From: the human T2T-CHM13v2.0 reference genome, Homo sapiens
Strand: one strand, 5' to 3'
NCBI RefSeq assembly: GCF_009914755.1
Contig: NC_060926.1
DNA length: 64,000 nucleotides
This document shows, piece by piece, positions 1-13,329 of the stretch. The number at the start of each line of letters is the position of its first letter. The stretch's first letter is position 1. A program made the position numbers and the translations under genes. A model generated the notes under the pieces. That model searched no databases and was not told where the DNA came from. It saw only the letters and a program-made list of their open reading frames with translations.

Positions 1-449
1 GTGAATTCCGTGGTCAGATCCCAGGCTGGGAGTTGCAAGGGCTATCATCAATCTATTTTCTCCTTTTCCTAACAATTATCAGCACTAACCACACAGAGAT
101 TAATGGGCACCAGGCAGTGGAAAGAGGGCAGTCGACACTTCGTTGAGATTGTGTTTTCACAGATCTGTCACTGTTAACTCCAGTGACCCTCCAAATTAGT
201 TACTGCATTGTCACTGGGGCCTTCAAGCCAGGCTTTTTGAAATGTCCTTGGGATTTTGTGGGCTATCCTTTAGTTTCTGTTATGTCTACAGGTTTCAGGG
301 ATATTTACTAAATCCAGAATATCCTGTATCAGTGCCTCTGTCCTCCTCATTAAGTCCAAGAGAAGCCATCAGACATAGTCCTGGTGTACTTGAACCCTGA
401 AGCTTCCCAAAGGCAGGGGATGGATTCCAAGAGGCCAGGAATCCTTTTT

Positions 450-788
<339 letters not shown>

Positions 789-1254
789 AGGAATCCTTTT
801 TTTCTTTTGGGGGTTCTCCAAATAACTGGCTCAGAAAGTTACTGTGGGTGGTCTACTTTTATATTAAGCTTCCTGCAAGCTTCCTTGGAGGAAGTCCCCG
901 TTTATTTGTATATTTATTTTTAAGGGAGTTGTGCTTTTTCCAGGTCTTGATATAATGTATTTTACATCTCACATAAAAGACCCCTCTCTTGCATAGTCAC
1001 TCCCAGGCTTGGCTTAGGGAAATCTGGACTTTTTCTGTTAATTGCTTAATAAAAAGAATAGCTCCACTGGTAAGTGAATGAGAGCCACAAAAACTGAAGA
1101 CTGGGAGAGAGTCTTTAAGGGGATCTGAGGCAGCTCTGAGAGGAGCGGGTGGGGTGGACACTTGCAAGAACTGTGAGGCTTGATGTCCATGTAGAGGCTA
1201 AAGTAAGACTTAGGGTTTGGGGAGCTGAGATGGACAGTCTCCAGCGATCTGCAT

Positions 1255-1290
1255 ATGTGTGTGTGTGTGTGTGTGTGCGTGTGAGTGCAT
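1255..1290. repeat. (TG)n microsatellite
   Basis: TG run read directly. Confidence 0.9.
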
Positions 1291-1408
1291 GTGTCTTTTG
1301 GGTGAGTGAGAGGTATGTGTCTAGAGTATTCAGTGTATTAGGTTCCTGCTGCTGCTGTAACAAATGACCATAAACATAGTGGCTTAAAGCAACACAAATT
1401 TATTAAAG

Positions 1409-2122
<714 letters not shown>

Positions 2123-2589
2123 AACTTTTCCAGCTTTTAGAGGCTGCCTGTGTTCCTTGGCTTGTAGCCCCTTCTATCTTCAAAGCAGCAGAGTGGCATC
2201 TTCAGGGCTCCCTCTCACCCTCTAGCCTTGTATCTCTTTTGACTCTGGTGCTCCTGCTTTCCTCTCATAAGGACACTTGTGACTACACTGGGACCCTGGA
2301 ATAATCCAGGGTCATCTCTCTATCTCAGAATCCTAAACTTAATCACATCTGCAAAGTCCATTTTGCTATGTAAGGTTATATAATCACAGGGTTTGGGGTT
2401 AGGGTTTGGGCATCTTTGGGGAGCCATTATTCTGACTTCAACATTCAGTATGACAGATCTACTACTACCTTCACTTTACTGCAAAGATCCTCAGAGAGAA
2501 ATGAGGATGATGATGGCAGTGGTTCATAGTACCTTATGTTAGATAATGATATACCATTTACAAAACTCTTAGGATTCGTTTCAAGCCCA

Positions 2590-2720
2590 CTCAAGTGTAG
2601 TTGGATGACACTGGGACTTTGAGTCAAGAGCCCTGATTTCATCATTTACTAGCTGTATAATCTTCAGGCGATTTACTTAACCTCTTGAGGCTCAGTATTC
2701 CTATCTATAAATTGGGAAAA
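2590..2720 (+). mobile_element. MIR fragment
   Basis: MIR core-like tttactagctgtataatcttcaggcgatttacttaacctcttgaggctcagtattcctatctataaa. Confidence 0.7.
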
Positions 2721-3715
2721 TGTGATCAGTGGGAAGAACTGGCTAGATGATGGCTAAACTGAGAATCTTTGAATGTTTTACGTGACAGTTTTCTTTGGGG
2801 AAGTGCTGTCTAACTCTTTGCAGCCTGGGATGAATTTATAAATGTGGCCAGACTTTTTTTTTTGTTTTTCACTCTCCATTTGTGTTAGTTCAGATCATCT
2901 GAGATGCAGACACCAAAATGGAATTAGACACACACAAGATTTATTGGGGAAAATGTGGCAGAAATGGGGAGAGAATGAAGGAGGCTGAGAGAGCCATCAG
3001 ACCACATACAGGTCTGACATCTGTGGAGGAGAGAACCAGGGTGGAGCTGGGACTTTCTGGAAGAGGTTTTGGGTGAGGTGGGCTGGCATCATTTTATGGT
3101 GGGCCTTGGATAAGGTGCAGCAGAGGGTTCTTGGCAGAGGAGTAATTCAATCCCAGTTGGCTTTTAGGAGGGTTATCCTAGGATAGAGTAGGGTGCATTA
3201 GAATGGGAAAGCACATAGCCAGCAGTCATCCTGGGCTGCTGCAACATTCCTTAGGTGGGTAGTGCTAAGGTTCTGGATCAGGTTAGTGACAATGAGAATG
3301 GAAAGGAAAGAACAGCCAAGTGCAATTATCCATCCCGAAGAGATAAATGTCTCCCATTCCTCCCTGCCAAATAGAACCATCGGAATGTGTTAAATCAGTT
3401 GTTATTGCTAAGGGGTCAGTAGATGTTTACCATGCTGTTAGATGATTACTTTGAAGAATGGTGTTCATTTTGCATCTATTGACCCCATCCCAACGTGGGC
3501 TGATCTGATAGCTTCATTGTGCAGTCCATTCTTCTTCTCTTTACTTTCTTTCCTCTTAGGCCTAAGAACTCAATGGAATTTATGTTAGCAATAGGAATGA
3601 TCAGGGCAAGGCATCTCTCACTCTTTGATAGAAGATAACCCATCAAACATGAGTTTTGCTGATTTGCAGCTATTTCAATTTATCATAACAGCTGAAGTTA
3701 CTGATGCTTCATTAA

Positions 3716-4054
<339 letters not shown>

Positions 4055-4702
4055 CAAAAATGTAGGTTTAAAAGATCATCCCTCTTGCCACGAATTTGAC
4101 CTGAGGATGTTTGACCTTGAATGTACTTGTTTGTAAGTGTCATTAGGCAGCCATAGATTCCAAAGCAGGTTAGAGTGGGAACAGGAGAATGGCTTGAGTG
4201 ACCTGATAGAGGGAAGTTCAATTGAGCATGCAGAACAGGCACGAAAACTTATGGTGACATACAGTAGAAGGGAGGGGAGTCTTGATGGGTGGATAGAATG
4301 GCGCAGCAGAGCGTAGCTGGATGTCCAGGCAGGTTGACTGCTTCATGACTTCCGGCTGCTGGGCTGGGTTTAGAAATGGAATTCTAGTCTTTGGGCTGGA
4401 AAAACAAGGCAAGGTTTTAATCCTAGAGAGAATTTACATTACCAATAGAGGTTCAGAAAGAGTGAACAAGACATGGGCCAGGAGCTGAGGTTCAAGGTCA
4501 TAGCTATAACAGGAATGCTGGTGAGTGTCCACTACGTTGGCCTCTTCAGTTTCTCATGTCCAAGATTAAGCTTAGACTAGGGTACTGAGACAGGGCTGGC
4601 CTATTAGATGGCAGACCAAGGACCCCAGTGGGAAGGAAGAGGCCAGTAGCCAGGGTCACCCAAGTGGTGGATTTTCATAACATTGAAGGCAACATAGGTG
4701 TA

Positions 4703-4876
4703 GATCTCAAACTTAAGTAAGAGTCAGAACCACCCAGAAGGCTTGTTAAAACACAGATCCCAGGGGCCCATCCCCAGAGTTTTAGATACAACAGGGCTGG
4801 GCTGGGGTCTAAGAATCTGCATCTCTAACATGTTTTCATGTGATGCCCATGCTGTGGTGCCAAGCCCACACTTTGG
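4703..4876. mobile_element. MER5A (hAT-Charlie) DNA transposon fossil
   Basis: tctcaaact..gcttgttaaaacacagat..ccccagagttt..ctggggtctaagaatctgcatctctaaca..cacactttg resembles MER5A. Confidence 0.8.
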
Positions 4877-4964
4877 CTGTGTTTCTCCATATTTATTGTG
4901 TATTTTAATAGCCTGTGTTTTTTTTTAAACTACTGATGCCTGAGTCCTACCCTCAGAGATTCTT

Positions 4965-5139
4965 TTTTAAAATTTCTATTTATTTATTAGAGACTGGGTT
5001 ACGAAACTGGCTAATTTTTGTAGTTTTGGTAGAGATGGGGTTTTGCCATGTTGCCCAGGCTGGTTTCAAACTCCTGGGCTCCACCTGATTCGGCCTCCCA
5101 AAGTGCTGGGATTACAGGTGTGAGCCACTGTGCCTGGCC
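4965..5139 (-). mobile_element. Short Alu variant (left arm and linker, right arm nearly absent)
   Basis: The minus strand reads Alu left arm, A-linker, TTAGCCAG, TTTCGTAACCCAGTCTC, A-rich tail. TSD ccctcagagattctt at 4950-4964 and 5140-5154. Confidence 0.85.
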
Positions 5140-5587
5140 CCCTCAGAGATTCTTATTTAATTTGTCTGAGGTTCCCAGGTGATTTCAGACTTTAAAACCA
5201 CTGCTTTAGATCCTGATAGACTCTGACCACACTGCTTTTTTTTAAAAAAAAAAAAAACAAAATTTATTCTAAAATTTCCATATAGTAAGAGTTAATTCCT
5301 TTGGTATTCAATTCAGTGAGTTTTTGACAAATGCATAGAGTCATATAACCCTGATCATAATCATGACATGGGCCAGGAGCTGAGGTTCAGGGTCATAGCT
5401 AACAATGGGAATGCTGGTGATGGTTCTATCACCCCCGAAACCTCATGCTGTCCCTTTGAAGTCAATTCCTCTCCCATTCTTTACCCAACGCAACCTCTGA
5501 TCTGTTCTTTGACACTATGATTTTTGCCTTTTCCAGGATGTTGAAATCTAAATGGCATCATACAGTATATTGCCTTTTGGGTCTGGC

Positions 5588-5904
<317 letters not shown>

Positions 5905-6588
5905 TAGGTGAATGGATTTCAGATTCATCAATAGTCTGTTCTTTTTTATTGTTGAGTAGTATTCCATCATGTGCATGTATCACAATTTGTTGAATATACC
6001 AGCTAAAGGATATTTGGGTTGTTTATAGTTTTCAGTTATTATAAGCTTCTATGAACATTCATGTAAAGATTTTTGTGTCACCACAAGCCTTCATTTTTCT
6101 AGGATACACACCTATGAATGGGACTGTTGAGTCATATAGTAAGTATATATTTGATTTTATAAGGAAATGCCAAACTCTCTTCCAAAGTGGCTGTGCCATT
6201 TTGCATTCCTGCCAGCAATGTATGAGAGTTCCAGTTGCTCCATATCCTTCCCAGTACTTGGCACTCTCATATTTTGGTTGGAGGAGCATTCTAATAGGTG
6301 TGTAATTCCTCACTGTGGTTTTGATATTTGCATTTTCCTATTGACTGATGTTGAGCACGTTTTCATGTGCTTATTTGGTATCCAGTTATCTTCTTTGGTA
6401 TATATTTGCTTTTCTATCAGGTTTTGTTTCATGTATTTTCAGACTGTTATTAGGTATATACACATTTAGAATTGTTATGTCTTCTCAGTGAATTGGCCCT
6501 ATTATCATTATACCATGTCTCTTTATCTCTGTGAATTTCCTGTTTTGAAGTTGAATTTTTCTGATACTAGTGTAGCCACTCCAGCTGT

Positions 6589-6904
6589 TTATTTATTTAT
6601 ATATTTGTTTGTTTGTTCATACAGGGTCTTACTCTGTCACTCAGGCTGGAGTGCAGTATCATAATCATAGCTCACTGTAACCTTGAACTCCTGAGCTCAA
6701 GCAATCCTTCCACCTCAGTAACCTCCTGAGTATCTGGAACTACTGGCATATGCCACTATGCCTGGCTAATTTTTTTTTTTTTTTTATGTAAAGATAGGGT
6801 CTCACTATGTTTCCCAGCCTGTTCTCAACCTTTTGGCCTCAAGCAATCCCCATGTTTTGGCCTCCCAAAGCTGGAATTATAGGAAAGAGGCACTACATCC
6901 GGCC
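6589..6904 (-). mobile_element. AluJ-like SINE
   Basis: Diverged antisense Alu dimer. Confidence 0.9.
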
Positions 6905-8069
6905 TCAACTTTTTAAAATTAATAGTTGCATTGCATGGCATATATTTTTCATAATTTTATCCTTAACCCATCTATATAGTTATATTTAAATATTATTTTG
7001 TAGATAGCATATGCTGCTTTTTTTAAAAAAATCTAATCTGAAAATCTTTATCTCCGAATTGGCATATTTAAACCATTTATATTTTATGTGATTGACTAAG
7101 TGTTTAGCCTTTTCTTTTTCTGTTTATCTTAGCTATTTGTTCCTTTTACCCTCACCACCTTAACATTACAGTTGCCATAGGTATTGTATCTGTGCATATT
7201 GAAAACCCTACTAAACACTGTTCTAATTTTTGTAAATAGTTATAAATATTTCAATGAATTTAAGAGGAAAAAGTAGTCCATTATGTTTACCCAGACATTT
7301 ATTATTTTATTGCTTTTATTTGTGTAGTCAATAATAACATAAATTTTTATTAAAAAGAACCAACTGGAAATTTTTGATCTGAAAAATACAATATATGGAG
7401 TTAAAATATTCACTACATGAACTCAATAGAGAATGGAGATGACATAGAAAGGAGTCAGTATACTTTTAGATAAATCCGTGGAAATGATCCAGTCTGAAGA
7501 ATGGAGAGAAAACAAGATTGACAAAAAAGAACAAAGTCTCAGGTACTTGCAAAGCAATATCATCTGGTATCACTTTTCTTCAGCTTTTTGTGTTTCTCTA
7601 GCATTTCTTTCAGAGCAAGTCTGCTGGCAATGAATTATATTAGTTTTCCTTAATCCAAAAATGTCTTTATTTTCTTCCATTCTTGAAGGATATTATTGCT
7701 GACTATAGAATTATCTGTTGACAGTTCTTTTCTTTCAGTACTTTAAAGAAGTTCCACTTCTTTTGGGGAGAAATCTGCAGATGTTTGTTCCCTAGATATA
7801 ATCTGTTATTTTTCTCTGGCTGCTTTCAAGACATTTTCTTTATTTTTATTTTTATTTTTTCCAGCACTTTGATCAGGATGTGTTGGGTGTTTTTATTTGA
7901 GTTAATCCTGTTTGGGATTCATCCGAGCATAAATTTGTAATTTATGTCTTTTACCAAATTTGGAAAAATTTCAGCCATTATTTATTCAGTTTTTTTCTGT
8001 ATTAATCTTTTTCTCCTCTTCTGGGACCCAAATGTAGTGAATATTAAGCTTCTTTATATTGTCTTGTAG

Positions 8070-8896
<827 letters not shown>

Positions 8897-11800
8897 TGAA
8901 TTTTTAAACTTTCTGTATTGTATTTTTCAGATCAAAAATTTCCACTTGGTTCTTTTTAAAAAAGTTTATATTTCTCTGCTAAGAATGTCTTTTTATTCAT
9001 TCCAATAGTATTTACTTTTATGGTATGATTATGTAGCATGGTTATAGTAGCTGTTTTAAAGTCATTATGTTGTAGTTCCAACACCTGAGTCATCTTGGGA
9101 ATGGCATCTGTTGATTGTCTTTTTCCTTGAGATTTGATCAGATTTTCCTGTTTTTATCATGTTGAGCAATTTTGGATTGTATCCTGGATATTTTGAGTAT
9201 TATGTTTCATGACTGTGAGTCCTGTTGAAATCCTCTGGAGAATATTGATTACTTTTCTTTGCTTTTGGGCAGATAACCAACCCCATTAGGTTCAGACTGG
9301 GAGTTCTGGCCCACATTCTGTGGGCAGTGAATCCAATATCAGTTCAGTTTTCCACAGATTTGTTATGCTGTTGGGTCTTCTCTGAACATGTGCCACTTAG
9401 GGATTAGTCTGGTGCTTGGCTGGCTCTCAAAGTCTTTGACATACTTCTTTGAGTCTGTTTCACATATGTGCACCTCAGACTGGTATTGGTGCAGACATAG
9501 AATTAGGGGATCCCTTCCTCCAACTCTCTGTTCTCTATGATTGTCCCCAGACTCTTCAGCTTTCCAGAGCCTTCTCTTCCCTATTTTTCTGGCCAGAAAG
9601 ATGGATTTCTCTCAGTGTTAACCCATTCCCCCCATTCTCTCACATAATTCTGCACAACTGGGGCTGCCCTCAAGTTCAAAGTAGTGAGAGAAAAGAGAGA
9701 GAACAAATAACAGGGATTCCCTCCACACTTTTTGGAGCACAGGGACCCCCTTTTCCTGTGGCCAGAGAGACAGGCTTTTCTCTTGGGGTTTTAGATGTCT
9801 GTGTAGTGGTGGCAGTGCAGCTCAAAAACTGGGACTGGCCTTAGGTCAGGGCTGGAGAGAAAAATAAATAAATAAATAAACAAACAAATAAATAAATGGT
9901 TATTTCCCCCATACTCTCAGGCCCAGAGAGTATCCCAGTCATCTGGTCAGAAAATGGGGATTTCTCTTGGAGTTTTGCTGTTTATGCCTGCTTCACAGTT
10001 CCATAATTTGGTCCCCTTTGGGTTAATGCAGGAAGATAAAGAAGGAAACTCATTGTTGTACCAAAAACTCTACAAGTTTTGACTTTCCTCTTTGAGCTGT
10101 CTGCCATTGTTTACCTTTCAGAGTCCTCAGGTAGTTGCTTTTTGTGCTCCATGAGAATTTTGAATTGTAATTAGTGGGAAGGATAGGCTATGATGCAGTT
10201 TACTCCATCTTGGCTGGCACTAGAAGTCACCATGCTTCTTTGATCTAATGATCCATTCCCTCTGCTTTCTTCTCTTTAATCCAAGTAGAAAGGGGCTCCT
10301 CTTTTGAAGTTATGGCTATTTTAATTTACCTTAGACGGTTGGGCTCTTCCAGTGTCATCCCCTCTTCTCCTCTCTTCATAGCTTCCCTTTTTGAGAAAGC
10401 TCTTTGTTTGACTCCTCTTGGGCCTGGGCAGTAAATTTTGTGCTATACAAAATTCTCTGCTGTGTTTCTTCCACAGACTCTGTGACTCAAAGCTGTGCAT
10501 AGGTCCTCAGATTCTTTTCCTGTTGGGCTGTCTAAGGCAGCCACTATACATGTGTATATATGCACGCGCACCCGTGCATGCAGTGCCTTGATCTCAATGG
10601 CTACGTCTCTTAACAGTAAACTCCCAAATCATCTAGGTCTAAAGGGACTCAGAGGGTACTAGAGATCTTTTCTGAAACCCTTCTAGTTCTTGAGGTGGGT
10701 AGGCAAGAGTGGCCAGAGTATGACCTTCTGATATCTAGTTTTGTGGAATGCATCACATAGTGTTTTATGTCATATTTTGGCACTGTCATTGCTTGTAGAA
10801 TACCATTTTGGTCTGCCTTGCCTACCTCTCTTTGTGTGTGGATCCTAATCTTTCCAGAGAGTGTGGAGTTTTAATTGCAAAAAGGATGTGGATGCTTTAG
10901 AATCCAGGTGGATGGAGGTACTCTGAATATATTCTACTGTGGAGTGATTGTTTGCATCCATAAGCAACTGGATCTCCATTAGCAGTCTCCTTCAGTCCAG
11001 GAGTCCTCATGAATTGTGACAGAGAACTAAGTGTGGCACCGTCACAAACTCCGAGAGGAAACATTTCAACTCCCTCTTTGGCCTTTACTGGTAGCTCTGC
11101 CATTGGGTACTCTCCCTAAGGAAGGAGGCATTTCTGTTCAGGAAGGAGGAAGCAGGTATGGAAGAATTTCACTTTTTATTATTCCTGAGCCTTTAGCTCA
11201 CTGGTCACAGGCCTAGGCAAATGACAACTTTCTGAGGCACCTGTTTTCTAGCCGTTTGTATGCTCCCCACTGCCATGGAGGCCAGCATGGATGTAAATAG
11301 ATGTAGAAAATTCTACAAACTCTATTTAGTAAGTAACCAAGTAGAATAGTTGTTTAAACAAAAATCAGTGCCCAGGGATAATGATACATGCCATATTTTG
11401 CCCAGTGTGAGTGTATTAATCTTCTAGTTGAAGGAGTGAATTGGTATTATCCTGATATGATGTCATACTCAGAGTTTCCTGCCTCTATTTTCCATCTGGA
11501 GTGAAATCAAGAAGATTAGGATGTGAGCATGATCCTTCTTTTGTTCTGCATCTTATGAAAGACAAAACCCTTGTGTTTTGGGGTGATGTCATTTTCTTTA
11601 TGAGAAAAGAGTATGAGATTAGTGCTTGTCCCCCACCTTTAAGTCTGGTTTTTGATTTAATTATCATGTAGAAGTAATTCTTTAGTAGGATGTTCTATCA
11701 TAGCTTTAATGCCATTTCTGATTTTGCCTATGTGGACAGGGCCTGAGTTTCCTCCAAGTGTTCAATTAGGATGACTTACGAGAACAGAGTGGGGGAAATG

Positions 11801-13329
11801 ACATCAGATATCATACCAAAGCCATTTATGCTATCAAATAATGATGTCTCTTTTCTAGAAACACATAATTATACTTGGAATTCATGATAATATTCTACAG
11901 TATTTCAAAATCCACAAACAGATAAAATATCAGAGGAAAGAAAATGCTTTTGATGTGTCAGAATTCATTTATTTTCCAACTCGTTGTGCTTTGCCTTACG
12001 GTACGTGAATGGGCACTTATCAAAGCATAAGAAGGTTATTATTATATTCCATTCTTATTCAATTCAAATATTCCATTCTTAACATTTGTCCAAATTCAGT
12101 TTAATATGCCCTATTAACATGAAGACTGTTGAGAAAGTATACCAAATAGGCTTCAGGAGGAGATCAGAAAACTAAATTAGGCTTTGTCCCTAAATATTAA
12201 AAAAAATTACTTAAGTTATAGAAGTAATCCATGAAGAGCTACTTGATATAAAAAAGCAAATTACCTTCTTAAAAAGCTAATAGCATGGGGTCAAAAATTC
12301 CTTTCCTGTAAATTTGGGAATCTATCTTTTCATGGCCAATATTCTTAATGTAGCATTTTTGATAAATAACATAATTTTGTAACTGCCCATTAAAATATGT
12401 AATTTATTATTTAGAATTCTCCTTAAAATATTTTGCATTTTGGTTTGCTCTCTTTAGTAAGAGGGAGATTTATTATGCAATCTTCTAAAGTGTAACACTT
12501 ATTTTCTGCCCGTTAACTTGTCTGTGTTTATGCTTTGCTTTGTTGAATCAATCACTGTGGTGTTTTATGGTTATTTCCACATGTGTCTTAGCTCCCCAGC
12601 TAAATTGTAAGCTCCTTGAATAGTCTAAGTCTTTATCCTGTATTTCTTGCCTTCTATATCACTTGAAGGATATTACACACTATAGATACTCAGTAAATAC
12701 TTTTCCTTATAAGCACAAATTGGCATTAGATTAGTTCAAATCTGCTACCCAGGAATGAAGCCCAAATGTTGCTTTTGGTGGGTGATAGGGGTCATATAAA
12801 TCTTTGCTATCTCCTGGTTCAGTTGTGGTTTGACTAGTTCTTAGGAAAGAATAAAAAGTTCTGGATAATCAAAAGTGGTAATTTGTTGAATTTCATTTTA
12901 TAAAGATTTTATTTGGAGAAGAAACAAAATCAGAGTATTTAGATTTGAGAGAGGGGTGAAAGACAAAGTTGCTATCTTTAAAAATGCTTTTCTCACCTCT
13001 CCTATTCTGATAATCTTATGCACATAAAATCATCTATGCAGGATGGTTTTTACCATTTTCTCCTCTTCTGATGATGGGCACTGTTTACGAAGGTGAAATA
13101 GAAAGCAGACTGGTTGGAGACAACATTAGGGTAGTTTTTCCATAGCGTGGACACGTCTCAGTTATTCCCAGGCCTTCATCTATTCATTCTTTCAGCAAGG
13201 ATGTATTGATCACTGATTCCACGGCAGGCATTGCGCAGCCCTAGAAATACAGTGAGGGCAAGACAAACATGACCTTGCCCTCAGGGACTTGTATTATTGC
13301 ACTCTGGTAAATCCTAAATATACTTCTTT

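Noticed and set aside
6051-6469. ORFs resembling a Cys/Trp-rich domain (also 20518-21004 and 48336-48893)
   Set aside because: They are decayed L1 ORF2 C-terminal fragments or their antisense frames.
10897-11216. Possible coding exon in unique sequence
   Set aside because: It has no recognisable protein similarity and no consistent splice-site and frame pairing.
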